This document shows positions 1-14,170 of a DNA stretch of 64,000 nucleotides, one piece after another. The DNA comes from Octopus sinensis (Eukaryota): positions 15,128,001 through 15,192,000 of the forward strand of contig NC_043016.1 of the NCBI RefSeq assembly GCF_006345805.1, read 5' to 3'. Below the pieces are notes generated by a model. The model ran no database searches. It had not been told where the DNA came from and saw only the letters and a program-made list of their open reading frames with translations. Position 1 is the stretch's first letter, and each line of letters starts with the position of its first letter. Both the position numbers and the translations under genes were made by a program.

Positions 1-43
1 GTCTATGCAGGAGAATCTCTTTTGCAATAGAGTCTAAGTTATA

Positions 44-1293
44 TTGGCTTGGCAACTAAGTTCTCGCCATTTTTTCAAATCAATTTTTTAAAAAGTTTAA
101 TAAAAAAATAATTAATTAATCAATAATGTTGTTCACTCTTGTTGTTTACAACTTCTTCCCAACGTTCAACAAGATTTTTAATGCCTCGTTGGTAGAAATC
201 ACCTGATTTCAACTCAAAAAATTGATCCAACCAAGATCTCAATTCTTGAAAGAAACAACACGCATAGCATTTGAAAGAGGTGGAAATCCATCGGTGCCAA
301 ATCAGGAGAGTATGGCAAGTGTGGCAGCACTTCTCAGCCATGCATTTGAATGGCTTTCTTGGTCATATTGGCAGAAGAACTCCATGCTGCCAATAAGGTC
401 TTTTCTCTTGAATAGCCATGTTGAGTCATTCCATCTGTTGAACATAGTTCCATGTTGACTGTTTGGTTCCGTTCAAGCAATTTGTAATGGATAATCCCTT
501 CCCAGTCCCACTATACGCACAACATTGTTTTATGTGGATGATCTGGTTTCACACGTGGTGTCACTTGTTTACCGGAGCTTAGCCATTCCTTACGCTGCTT
601 CATATTGATATACAGGCACCATTTTTTGTCACAAGTAATGATTTGGTAAAGAAATCATTGCTTGTACCCATGAGTTGAGCGGTGACAAGCAAGCAAACCA
701 GCGGAGATTGTGGCTCGTTGATTTTTGTTGTTGTCACTTAAAGCATGCAGAACCCATGCTCCATACTTCTGAACCTTTCCCATTGAGTGAAAATGCTTCT
801 CTACAGCAGTGTAGGAACATTCCATTTTCTCTGCCAGTTCCCTTGTCGTTTGACAAGAATTTTCGTGCAAAAGTTGGTTTAAGCGCTCTTCATCAAACTC
901 AACTGTAAGACCAGAACAAGGTGTGACTTTGAGGTCAAAATTCCCATTTTTGAACTTGGCATACCAATCACGAGTGTTTCCTTCAGCTATGGTACCCTCT
1001 CCATACACAGCACAAGTGTTGCGAGCAGCTTTTGCAGCCTTAGAACCTTGATTAAAAGCAAAAAGAAGGAGGTGTTAAAAATGCTCGTTTTTCTTAACTT
1101 GACATTCCATTTTAATGATCTGAAAATAAACAAAAATTAACCAAAATTAACTATAAAAAAATCAAAATAGATTCCGAAATGATTCTAAAATAGAATTCTC
1201 AAAAAAAAAAAAAAAAAAAGATTCCAAAATTTAAAAACGCAATAAATTACTAAATTAACAAAAAAAACGGCGGGAACTTAGTTGCCAACCCAA
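44..1293 (-). mobile_element. Full-length mariner DNA transposon, copy 1 (defective transposase)
   Basis: TIRs TTGG(C/G)TTGGCAACTAAGTT / AACTTAGTTGCCAACCCAA with TA on both sides; 1250 bp. Transposase fragments (YGEG, WY-KFKNG-FDL HTH; FYQRGI--LVERWEEV) broken by frameshifts and a ~25 bp deletion over the HDN-RPH region. Confidence 0.95.
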
Positions 1294-1995
1294 TATAACC
1301 CCATTAAATGATGTATTTCTGCCTCGTTAACACAACTCATCATGTGAATTTTTTAAACCTTCATCATCTTTTAACATATGCCTTCCATGCTGAAAAGAGG
1401 TGGACAGCACAAAAAGGATCTAATGGGTCAGCGGATTGCATCATGTCTAGTTTGGCACACTTTCTATGGCTAGATGCCCTTCCTAATGTCAACCACTTTA
1501 CAGAGTATACTAGGTACTTCTTCCCATTAGTGAGGCTGCATGTAGCTTACAAGACTAAGATTCCTTTTACCAATTGGGACTGCAGTAGAGAGAGAGAGCA
1601 CTTTATGTGAGAAAGGTTATAGTTAGGGAGAAGAGAGTGGAACGAGTTTCTTGTTGTAAAAGAGATACATGGCTAATTGCATTATACAAGAGTGGGTGAG
1701 AGTGTATGGGGTGGAGCTGGAAAGAGAGATGAAGATGGAGGTGACAAGGTGTCATCTGGTACCTCAAAGTGGAAGGTGTATAGAAGTGAGCAAGGATAAA
1801 AGGACAGGAAGGGTAGAGATTGCTGGAATGTATGGCGAGAGTAGTCAATGATAGGGTGGAGGAATGATCAATGATACAAGGGAGAGTAGGTGATGACTGG
1901 CAGTACAGAAATGGGCAAAAAGTAACAGAACAGTAATCCCTGAAAAATTAAATGGTTTTCCTTGCATGCATGACAGCAAATATTAAGGCTTGCTG

Positions 1996-2240
1996 AAGTG
2001 GTTCCCAAACTTTTGCGGGCTGCTGCCCCTTTGGCACTCAAGCCACTCAGTACCACAAACATAGATCACTTTCTGCAGCAAATTCAAAACAATATTTCAC
2101 AAATAAAACTTAATCTAATAAACCCATTATTTTTTTGGAGGGGTTGCATCTATTGCCCCCACCCCACCCCACCCTGTTATTGCCCCACTTTACTTTCTGC
2201 TGCTCATGGGGTGCAGTACCGCCCACTTTGGGAACCACTG
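1996..2240. mobile_element. hAT-type MITE
   Basis: Ends (A)AGTGGTTCCCAAA / TTTGGGAACCACTG; no clean 8-bp TSD seen. Confidence 0.65.
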
Positions 2241-5039
2241 GTTTAAATAGCAATGCCTGAAATTAGGTGAAGCCCAGGTAAATTTACAATTAAATTTGTA
2301 TGTGATTAAATATTAAAATCATTCCGCAATAGCAGTTGGCCTTACAGGACTAAATTATGCAGACAGAATGTCGCCAAAACAAGCATGATGATCAAAGCCA
2401 TCTTCATCAAGAGTTTGTACAAGTCTAGAAACAGATGTGCCGTGAATAATTATTCAGAGTGTAGAAATATTCTGCTGATACTCAACTGAGCTGAATCATA
2501 CGTGTCTGATGGTGTTGGCTCATTAGCTCAACATTCTATTTATACTGATTGATATTAAGCAACCACAATGACGACCATCATTAACCGAACCTGGCTTTCC
2601 AACTTGCTTAACATCATCTCAATCATAAGCCAAATGAGACCGTAACTGCGGCCTATGCCAGTGCAGCACAATCAGCCCATTTAAGAGCACCCTTCAATCA
2701 TTGGGCTATAAACTGTGCTTGTGAAGATCTGTTGAGGCAAGTGAAGTCGTCGTCGTGGCTGATGACAGTACTGCTTGATTGGGACCCGTTCCAGTGGCAT
2801 GTAAAAAGCAATGTTCAAGTGTAGTCGTTGCCAGTGCCACCTGACTGGCCTCTGTACTAGTAGCACGTAAAAAGCAGGCACTATATTCTTGAAATGGTTG
2901 GCATTAGGAAGAGCATCCAGCTGCAGAAACATTGCCAGGTCAGATTGGAAGCTGGTGCAGCCTTCTGGCTTGCCAGCCCTCAGTCAAACCGTCAAACCCA
3001 TGCCAGCAAGGAAAGCAGATATTAAACGATGATGATGATAATGTTAAAGAGATAACTTCTGAATTCTTCCATTGTTGATGAACAGAAATTTGAATATTGA
3101 AGTAAATGTTTTTGCTAAACAAGCCACGTTCTACATTGCTATAATGTAACTGACTTGTAATTATGAAATAAAAAATTGCCTGCATATTAACTTCATTTAG
3201 ATACAATTATCTAAACTATCTTTGGACTAGGGCCCAGTCTTGAAGGGTTATACTCAAATAAATTGAACCCAATACTTTTTAAGCCTGGTCCTTATTCAAT
3301 GGGTCTTTTGTCAAACTGCTAATGGACATAAACAAACCAACACCAGTTAAGTGGTAGTGGGGGACAAACACACACACACACATATAATGACAGAATTCTT
3401 TCAGTTTCCATTTACTAAATCCATTCACAAGGCTCTGGTCAGATTGAGCTATAGTAAAAAAGATATGGTCCAAGGTGGAAGTGAACCTGGAACCATGTAG
3501 TTGGGAAGCAACTTATTAATTTAATTAGCTATAACAATTCAACACCAAGGCAGCAAACTGACAGAATTGTTAGCAAGCCAGGTAAAATGCTCAGTGTTAT
3601 TTCATTTGCCTTTATGTTCTGAGTTCAAATTTCACCAAGGTCAACTTTTGCCTTTCATCTGTAGCATGTAGCCATTTTCAAATAGTAGCGCCAATTTGTG
3701 GTAGCTGGCAATATGACATAATGTCGTATTGTCAAAGAAATATGATTGTTGTTTTCCCATTGGTTGAAATAACTGCTCATATAGGAATTCGGAAAATTAG
3801 TTAAAGAATATTTTTATGTGATTTCGATTCTTTAAAGTCAAGTTGAGCAGTTATAAAAACCCTGGATTTTGGGAAAAACTTCAGTGTTTTGTGGAATGTA
3901 ACTAAACTCCACGACACTCACTCCTTTGAGACATTGATTATTTTTTATGCCATGTCCATGAAAAATCCAACAAGACTTGTTTGAATTGCTGAGATCTATA
4001 ATAGCTAGAATGAGGAATTAATTAGCTAAAATATTAAGTCGTAATTCTCTACGACAAAAATTATTTTTCTTCAAAATGTATACAAATATTAAAAATGCTA
4101 TATGTATATAATAAAATAATGTAGAAATTATTTTCTCTTTCTTCACGTTCTTCAATTTATTAATGAATGTATTTCTGTAATTATTAAACTGTATTTTTTT
4201 AATAGCGGTTAAAAGAACACAAAGTTATTAATATTTAACATACATGCACGATTAATGTCCATTAGTGTTCCAGAAAATATATTTCTCGCTATGGCGTTTT
4301 TGTAGCTGGAGTCAGGATTTACGTATAATGATAACACTTAAACATCCTTTCGGGGGTCGATAAATTAAGTACCAGTTGCGCACTGGGTAGGGGGGAATCT
4401 AATCAACTAGCCCCATCCCACCAAATTTCAGGCCTTGTGCCTATGGTAGAAAGTATTATATAAACAGTTGTTCTTATCAGTCATTACATTCTTAATTTCA
4501 TTTTATGCATCGATGCAAAAACCAGAGGCAATGCAGAATGGCAGGCAGTTGATAGAGGGATCCACCTGTGTTCTATGAGAATTTATACGCATACGGATCA
4601 TCATCATTTAACATCCATTTTCCATCCTGGTAGGAGTTGGTAAGGCTGGAAGCTGCATCAGGCTCCAATTTTTTGTTTTGGGATAGTTTCTATGGCTGGA
4701 TGCTGCCCTTCCTAACACCAGAGTGTAATGGACACTTTTATGTGGCACCATCACCAGTGCTTTTTACATGGCATCATGGTTTCAGGATTTGATGCGTGAA
4801 AATGTATACCCATAAAATATTTGAAGACGGCTAATTTGTGCACGTGAAATGGATGATTTGCGAGAAATAAAAGGAGACACACAAATTTTGCGATCTTTGA
4901 GTTGAAGATATTACTTTTACATTTGTCATTCAGCATCATTTTATTTGGCAGAAGCGTGAAGAAAATTTTTTTTGCTTGGAGTCATGTTTGTGACCAATTT
5001 GTTTGTTATAGACATGAAACGCTCTACTTTTGTTCATTT

Positions 5040-5200
5040 GGCTGTATGGTAAGAAGCTTACTTCCCAACAACATGGTTCCGAGTTCATTCCCCCTGCGTG
5101 ACACCTTGGGCAAGTGTCTTCTACTATAGTCTTAGGCTGACCAAATCTTTGTGAGTGGATTTGGTAGACAGAAACTGAAAGAAGCCCATTGCATATTATA
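5040..5200 (+). mobile_element. tRNA-derived CORE-like SINE (GCTGTGTGGTAAGAAGCTT...TTGGGCAAGTGTCTT...GAAGCCC family)
   Basis: A/B-box-like head plus CORE-like TTGGGCAAGTG. Other copies at ~3395-3510 (-), 15601-15745 (-), 22783-22905 (-), 41558-41715 (+), 47535-47700 (-), 49498-49632 (-). Confidence 0.85.
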
Positions 5201-5208
5201 TATATATA

Positions 5209-6461
5209 TTGGGTTGGCAATTAAGCTCCCACTGTTTTTTTTTAATTTAATTTTTTTAAAAGGTTTAATAAAAAAAATAATTAATTAATCAATATTGTGT
5301 TCACCCTTGTTGTAAACAACAAGGGTGAACACATTATTCCCAACGTTCAGCAAGATTTTCAATACCTCACTAATTTCGACTCGAAAAATTGATCCAACCA
5401 AGCTCTCAATTCTGCATCAGTATTGAAAGACATTGAAAGAGGTGGAAATCCATTGGAGCCAAATCAGGAGAGTACAGTGGGTGTGGCAGCACTTCCCAGC
5501 CATGCATTTGAATGGCTTCCTTGGTCATATTGGCAATATGAGGGCGGACGTTGCCATGAAGCAGAACTCCATGCTGCCGATTAGGTCTTTTCTCTTGAAT
5601 AGCTGTGTTGAATTGTTCCATCTGTTGAACATAGAGTTCCACATTGACCGTTTGGTTCTGTTCAAGCAATTCATAATGGATAATCCCTTCCCAGTCCCAC
5701 CATACGCACAACATCATTTTACGCAGATGAAGATCTTGTTTCACACTCGGCATTGCTTGTTTACCGGAGCTTAGCCATTCCTTACGCTGCTTCATACTGA
5801 TATACAGGCACCATATTTTGTCAGCTGTAATGATTTGGTAAAGAAATCATTGCTGGTGTCCATGAGTTGAGCGGTGATGAGCCAGCAAACCAGCGGAAAT
5901 TGTGGCTTGTTGATTTTTGTTGTTGTCCCTTAAGGTATGCGGAACCCATGCTCCATACTTCTGAGCCTTTCCCATCGAGTGAAAATGCTTCTCTATAGCA
6001 GTGTAGGAGCATTCCATCTTCTCTGCCAGTTCCCTTGTCGTTTGACAAGAATTTTCGTGCAAAAGTTGGTTTAATCGCTCCTCAACGAACTCAACTGTAA
6101 GACCAGAACAAGGTGTGACTTTGAGGTCAAAATTCCCATTTTTGAATTTGGCATACCAATCACGAGCGGTTCTTCCAGCTATGGCACCCTCTCCATACAC
6201 AGCACAAATGTCGCAAGCAGCTTTTGCAGCCTTAGAACCTTGATTAAAAGCAAAAAGAAGGAGGTGTTAAAAATGCTTGTTTTTCTTAACTTGACATTCC
6301 AATTTAATGATCTGAAAATAAACAAAAATTAACCAAAATTAACTATAAAAAAATCAAAATAGATTCCAAAATAGAATTCTCAAAAAAATAGATTCCAAAA
6401 TTTAAAAACTCAATAAATTCTAAAATTTAAGAAAATGGCAGGAACTTAGTTGCCAACCCAA
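5209..6461 (-). mobile_element. Full-length mariner DNA transposon, copy 2 (defective transposase)
   Basis: Same TIRs, inserted in a (TA)n tract at the end of a SINE. ORFs show MLCVWWDWEGIIHYELL and HP-YSPDLAP-DFHLF; the second catalytic Asp region reads HGN rather than HDN; frame broken. Confidence 0.95.
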
Positions 6462-7717
6462 TATATATATATGCATTTTCTGTGATTATTTGGTAAGTGG
6501 TGCTGAATATTACAGTCTGTAAATAATAATATTTTAAGCTTAAATCTTATAAACAATGACTAGGATAGTCTAATATTGGGGCATATAAGCCCTAAACAGA
6601 AAAAAAAGTAGGGTTTGCCATATGCATGAGACTTGAATCCACACCTCTATTATGTGTGTTTGTATTTGTCCATTCGTCATCAGTTGACAACTGATGCTGG
6701 TGAGTTTATGCCATTGTAACTTAGTGGTTTGGCAAAAGTGACTGATAGAATAAGTCCTGGGGTCAATTTCTCTGACTATAAACCTTTAAGGCAGTGCTCC
6801 AGCATGGCTGTAGTCAAATGACTGAAACATGTAAAAGAATATCTTTATATGTGTGTGTGTGTGTATAAATATACAAACAGACAGTCTTCATACATACAAT
6901 CTTAATGCATAATTTTAATAACCTATGCCAAGCTACCAAACAAGAAGCCAGCTGAATGGATAAGGAACATTTGGAAATTAAAGGGACTACATACTATTAA
7001 AGGTCATTTACTTATGTTAAACACTGCTTAGCTACGAAGTGTCATGTAGAAACAAACTCTTTTAGCAAGCTGGCAGAATCATTAGGACACCAAAGAAAGT
7101 GGTTTGCAGCATTTAGTCCCTCTTTATGCTTGGAGTTCAAATTCTACCAAGGTTAACTTCATCTTACATCCTTTTGGGGTCGATAAAATAAGTACTGGTT
7201 GAACACTGAGGGTCAATGTAATCAACTTATCCCCTTCCCCGAAATTGCAGGCCTTGTGCAAAAATTTGAAATTATTAAGATGTGTTATCTTGAAATGATG
7301 ACAGTGGAATATATATTTTTTTTTATATCTTTTTCTGGTGAGTTCTTTAATCTGTTCATAACATTAAATGCTTTAGCATTTAAACTGGCCATATCCAGCC
7401 TCTCATACCTAGCATACAATGTCATCCTAGGTACAAGAGGGTGAATGTGAGAAGAATGTAGTGTGGATAGGAACAGGGGATGAGCTAAGTTCGGTACTGT
7501 TAAATGAGCAACAGATGATCAGAAATTAGGGATATGGAAGATGAAGCAGTGGATGGCAAACATGGGAAAGGGGCAAGGTCAAAGGTGAATATCAGTTTGG
7601 GGTGGGGCGAAAGTGAAGAAAATAGGAGGGGTGAGGGAGATAAGTAGTGGGTAAGGGAGTGAAGAGGGTGCTTGGTGGCAAGGGCAGAGAGCTCATGGGT
7701 GTGGTGTGACTATACAT

Positions 7718-7775
<58 letters not shown>

Positions 7776-7959
7776 TAAACAAAGGAAGTGGGGGGGTGTC
7801 AATGAATGATATGAGGCGTTCAATAGTGGTATGGGATGATATTGAGTACGTGAGGTGAGTGACATGGGGAAGTAGATCCAAGAAATGGTAAATTGTAGCA
7901 CAAAAATGTCGGGGATGGAATATGTGCATCTTTTCTACTCTTATATAATAATAATTATG

Positions 7960-8625
7960 GAGGAAGTTCAGAGAGTTTTTTACTTCTATTGGCAACCAAA
8001 TGCCTTTTTCTCAGAGTGAAAGGAAGATTGTATGATGCCTGTGTATGAAGTGTGATGCTGCATGGTAGTGAGGTGTGGGTCCTGAATGCAGAGGACATGC
8101 AAATGCTGGAGAGGAATGAAGCTGGTATGGTCCGCTGGATGTGCAGTGGAGAATGGGTGTATTGAGAGAGAAGTTGGATACAAGAGGAATTATATGCAGT
8201 GTGGAAGAGAGGTGACCATGCTGGTTTGGTCATGTGATGCGGATGGATAAGGACAGCTGCATAAAGAAGTGCCAATCACTTAAAGTGGAAGGAAATTGTG
8301 GTAGAAGGGAGACCCAGGAAAACATGGGACAAAGTATTGAAGGCCGATCTGAAAATGCTGAACCTTACAAAGGAGATGACAGAGGACGGAGACCTGTGGT
8401 GCATTGCTGTATTGTAGAAGACCAAGCCACCACAACAGAACTGAAATCTTAAAACCAAGGTGCCACCTAAAAAGCATTGGTGTGGGTGCTAGTGCCATGT
8501 AAAAAGCACCCAGTCCACACTCTGTAAAGTGGTTGGCATTAGGAAGGGCATCCAGCTGTAGAAACCAAGCCAAATCAGACTGGAACCTCGTGCAGCTCCT
8601 GTCAAGCCACCTAACCCATGCCAGG
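7960..8625 (+). mobile_element. RTE LINE 3' end running into its 3' UTR repeat
   Basis: ORF 8234-8452 (MRMDKDSCIKKC--L-VEG-CGR) followed directly by the GTGCCA-GTAAAAAGCACC...GGAAGGGCATCCAGC 3'-UTR sequence. Confidence 0.85.
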
Positions 8626-11600
8626 ATGTTAATTAAATGTTGAATTACAGCAGTTGAGACAGTATAGTAGTTGCAATCTTCTTTATTCACATTAATCATA
8701 CATTCTCTGATAGGTTTGAGATTTCAGTGATGTTATAGCTTACTTTTAGAATGACGTTATAGAGTAGGTGCGAAAGGGTGGATCTCTCTGGTTTGAACAT
8801 AAAACGGAGAATATTTTGATCACATTTGGCCAGTTTAAATGCTAAAGGATTAATGACTCAGATAAGTTGCCTGAAACAATCTTCATCATCAACATACAAC
8901 GTCCATTTTCCATGCTAGCATGGGCTGGACATTGGAGTTAAATTTCAAGAGGATGAGCTTTCCATAAAATCTGAAATCAATCATTACACTTACCTTAGCA
9001 ACATAATCTGTTTTTTTTTTTCTTTTTCATGTATCGGGATTACTTTAATTCATTCCATCATGCATTACATATATGGATAAACATTTTAAACCATGTAACT
9101 ATTCTTAAAATCCGTTCACAGACACTATTCATTTTCATTCTGTGTATGTATTAGAGATTACTTCAAAAAAATACAATTCAGATTTACCACTGCAGTAATA
9201 CAACAGCATTTTGTCATAAACGAAATTAACAACATGAAAAAAAAAAGGGGGGGGGGGATATAAACCCAATCTTAAACTGAACAATCTTTTCTTTTTCTTT
9301 TAAGAATACCTCATTATATATACATTGTCATTATCACATTGCAAGAAATGTTGTTTGGCCCCAGGTTAGGATCAATCCCAGATGAGTTGAATTTATGATC
9401 GAAAGCCATTTCAGACATGACTAACCAATCTTCTATATCTAGAACAACTGTTCTTCCATTATTTTTTTTTTTTTTTTTTAAAGATGGCAGGGGAATTTAG
9501 TTGCTATGTCTAGCAACTTCATTTCAAGCTACTGCACAACAGCTCCCTCTTAATTCTTTCTTACCGTTTTAATTCAGAAAGCAGTGTACTTTCATAAAAA
9601 TACAGAGAAATGACAATTTTACTATATGACTGGTAATTACAGCATTTCAGGGGGTTTTCAGTGGGGGTACATTTGATACATGGCAGTGATTTCGCTTTCT
9701 TAATTCAGGACAAAGTTCATTCAAATTTCAAATTAACAGCAGTGATATGTAACTGGTTGGAAAAATGTGGTTTTCATCTGACCCTTATGAGTCTATAAAA
9801 TTTATCTGCACTAATTTGGTTATACTTTTACAATACACAAAATACTTTAATTTTTATGTACACTTCCTAATAATAATAATATAAAAATAGGATATTTTTG
9901 AAACATCAAACAGCAGGAAGGGTTCACCTGAATAAAACAGAAATTAAAGGGCTCCATAGGGAACAAAATGGTTGAGAAACAATGTTGTAAATGCTTTACC
10001 TAAATCCTATATGTCCAACAGTTCCATATCTAATGCTGGTCATGACTTCTGTTAAAACCAGAATAAACATCCAGGGTTTATGTAAATGACAATAAGGCAA
10101 GAAATTAGCAATTTACATTCTGATAAGCTTCATTTCTTTTTTCTTGTTGATTAATTAATTTAATAAAATATATTCGTCTCATTCAGATTATTTCTGTTTC
10201 AAGCATTTCTTTATTATTTTACAACCAATAGTTGTACTTCACACAGTCACCATTTCCTCTAAAAAAATATTTTCTACCCACTATTAACCCTTTTGATGCC
10301 AGCCTACCTGAAACCAGCCCTGAGTCTATGAGGTAAACTCTCTTTTAAAATGATCTTAATTAAAATCTTATTCCATCAAAAAATTTCACATTTATTTGTT
10401 CTAGACATCAGCTTAATAATGACAAATTTACTTTACTAAATTCTTTATTATTTTCAAAATTAATCGAAACAAACACGTAAAAATATAGAATAATTAAATT
10501 TGTAGAGATAGTCTCATATAACATTACTTACTCTATATGGTCTATTAATGAGATTTGACGAATTGGTACAATTTTCAGTACTTTTTCAGTATATTAACGA
10601 GAAATTTCAATTAACATATATACAAGGGGGAGCTGAAAAGTTCTTAGCTTTAAGGGTATCATAAAATGCCTGGTTGGCAACCCAACCTACCAAGTTCTTT
10701 AACAGGACTTAGGGAAACTGAAGCACCACTGCAAAAAGTGTGTGAATCTGAGAGGGTAATCATCATGGTCATCATTTAACATCCTCCCTTCATGCTGGCA
10801 CAGGTTGGACAGTTTGACAGGAGCTGGCCAAGTGGGTGCCTGTGCCACGCTTGTGTGTGTGTGTTTTGGCATGGTTTTTATGGCTGAATGCCCATCCTAA
10901 CAGACAACTCCATACAGACCACTCCATAGAATGGGCTGAGAGATTTTTACACAGCACTCACGCCAGTGAGGTCAGTTTTTGTGGAGTTTTTACAGCTGGA
11001 TGCCCTTCCAGATGCCAACCACTTTACACTGTGGACTGGATGCTTTTTATGTGGCACCAGCACTGGCAGGCTAACCAAGTAACTCACAAGACAAAGAATT
11101 ATGAGAGGGGTAGGAACATTTGAGGAGGAGAACTTGTGTCAGAGGATGAAAGATTAGAGGGTGACAAACAGACAGAAACAGGTGTCTTGCTATAATGGCG
11201 GAGGCATCGGAGAAGGTGTTCCAGTAAGATCTGGGAGGTGAAAGGTTTAGAGTTTGATAGAGAAATAGAGAGGCAGAAATAGTTGTCTTGCTATAAAAGA
11301 GGTACATGGTTACCCAGTGAGAGAGAGAGAGGTGGGAATATGTTGAATGAAGTCATAATTAACTGATCCTCCTCTATTTTCTTTAACCCAGAGCCAGGAA
11401 CTTTTCAGCACACCCTCATATGTTTATATTTTACATTCACTGAACATAATCTGTTGTCTGGTTTAATACCATCATCTGGCCCTAATATGAATTCACTCTG
11501 TTGCAAACATTTAGAGCAGGTCTCTGGCTTGAGGATACTGTCTTACTTCTTGCTCATCAGTCTCTGATGCCCTGCAAAGGATTATGGGGAACACCCTGGA

Positions 11601-12058
11601 ATAGATAAGGAATCAAAAAGCATGATGTACATACCTTTTCCAAAAGCTGCAATCACAAATCTAAACCGTAAAATGTGTATGCATACATGTGCACACACAA
11701 ATGTACATATACAAAAATACACTTACACACGCACACAAACATATCTTGAGATCTTGAAAGTGTTACACATTTTGCATATGGATGCCCCCCACCACCACCA
11801 CCTTCCCAACACAAAAAAAAAACACAACGTTAACATAAAATACATCTATAAAAGAACAAAATACCAATATTAAACATTTTTTTTCAATATTTTTAAAACA
11901 CAGTTGATATTTTAATTAAGTTGCAGACAGGGCAGTAGAAGTGTTTCAAATTTATTGTTCTTTCGGGCAATTTGTGTCTTTGTCCAATTCTTTTTAGCCA
12001 AGTTTTTTTAATAAGAAAAAATACAAATGAACAAAAAAAAAACATATCTTTACAACAA

Positions 12059-12060
<2 letters not shown>

Positions 12061-12104
<44 letters not shown>

Positions 12105-12263
12105 TATATATACATATATACATACATATATATATATATAATATATATATATATATACACATACATACATACATATATATATATACACACACATATATAT
12201 ACAGACATGTATATATATATACACACATACATATATATACAGACATGTATATATATATATTAT

Positions 12264-12297
<34 letters not shown>

Positions 12298-12370
12298 ATA
12301 CATACATACATACAAACACATACATACATATACATACACACTCACATTCATATATACACACACACACAAA
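12061..12370. repeat. Compound (TA)n/(TACA)n/(CA)n microsatellite
   Basis: Directly visible; source of the Y/I/H/T-rich ORFs. Similar blocks at 7720-7775, 28645-28685, 46447-46490, 47050-47180, 47480-47530, 59690-59795, 61660-62005. Confidence 0.97.
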
Positions 12371-14170
12371 CACAGCATCAGCATAGAATATTTTCCCAGA
12401 CAATAATAAGAATAATAATTCTCTGTTAGAAAAGTTTGCATTTTCAAAACTGTTGGATACAAGTTTTTATAGATGCAGTGGGCACCTCCAAGCAATTTTC
12501 TTTTGTAGAGCACTCAAATTATGTTCCAGTTTAATAAATGTGTTTTGTTCAGAAGCACATTCCAATCCTGTATTGCGGTTTTATAATATTTTAATTTAAC
12601 GAATATGCTTTGTAAAGTTCAAACACATCTGAATATTGAAAATATCTCCCAATTTATGAGACTTTGGAAAGCAGATTATCATTAATTCTTTCTAGGAACA
12701 CTCAGACATGTTTAGTATCGAATTTCCTGATCCATCTTTAATTGCTATCTTTTATTTAGATGTAAATAACCACTTTTTTTTCTTTTTTTTAATAGTTTTT
12801 TGTTGTTGTTGTTGTTTTTTTTTTTTGTTAAAGAAAATTGCATATAACTGCTAAAGTTTTCCAAACCATATAGAAGACATTCTATTTTAATTTCAACTAA
12901 AAACAATTACTAAAGAGATCATGAATATAATACATGTATTTTTATATCTTTGACTTTGTTTTTCTAGATTTCTTTGTATGTAAATCTAAAAATGACTGAA
13001 TTGAATTCTCCAGTGATGGAATTTTGTACATGTGCAATAACAAATGTTAGGGCAATGATCTGACATGAAATAAAAATTTAGTTGGAAAAGAATTGCTAAT
13101 TTAGAGAACACACTTAGAACAGAACCCAGGATTACATACTTTTCTGATCTTCTAAATGCAATACGATATGCAAAACATATTGCAGTTAATGACTGTAGCA
13201 GTGTAACGAATGAGCTAAATGTTAGATTTGATACAGATGATTTCATATGAACATTTTTTCTATGTATTTATAAATACGGAAACCTTATCTAGACTGCATT
13301 TTAGACCAGATGGACGAAAAATGGAAGAAGTTTTAGAATGAGCCAACAAAACTAACTCATTGCTTGTTTAAGCTGTCCTACATGAGAGATCCAAGTATTT
13401 GAGACGACCATCTTTTTTAACACAGGAAATAGGACAACAGGTTTAAAGATCAGTCATAGAAAGGATTTAAGAGGTCATTTTGATACAGTGTTTATACAAA
13501 TCTGGTTAAGAGTTCTGAGAGAGTGAGAGCAGTCATTAATTATAATATACTACCAAAGTAGCTGGTTAATGTTTGCCCATTTAGAAGTGAGGAGGCTGTG
13601 TCTTTGACACTACTTTTGCTCATGAGTATCAAAGCACTATTCCTACATGGAATTATATTTATCATCATCATCACCTTTCTTATTAGAAGACACAGTTTAC
13701 AAGAAGTTTTCCCTGATATCATTTTTATGGAAAATAATATTCTATGTGAATACCAACTGATAAGATCTTAAGATCTATAAATCAAAATCAGGCTATCCAT
13801 ATATTTTCCAATAATTTCAATAGTAATTATTACGGTATTAAGCAGTCAACATCATTAATAAAAAGAAAATACCTTCTCAAAAAAGATACTCAATAATTAT
13901 AATAATTTACCATACAAAGTCATTTCTACAAGATTTAATGCTTGCTAAGATGAATCCTTATCATCTTATAGATTATGGCTATCTTAGTATGAATTATTAA
14001 CATCTTTCTTATATGACCTTTCTAATAACAATGAAAACAAAAACTGTGCTTTTTTTTCCTTTCCTCTTTTCTCAAAGGCAACAATGATGTTTCACAAATT
14101 TTACAGGAATTTATCAATGATGGAAGCTTACTGATATACATTTTCATCTCATCCATAGGAGAGGTTGTGA

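Noticed and set aside
5406-6200. Active or domesticated mariner transposase
   Set aside because: Split over frames, HDN changed to HGN, start codon altered; copy 1 has a deletion at the same motif.
11893-12513. 206-, 144- and 115-aa ORFs rich in Y/I/C/V/H/T (also 46996-47286, 61499-62134, 7719-7995)
   Set aside because: Translations of (TA)n/(CA)n microsatellites, which lack stops in some frames.
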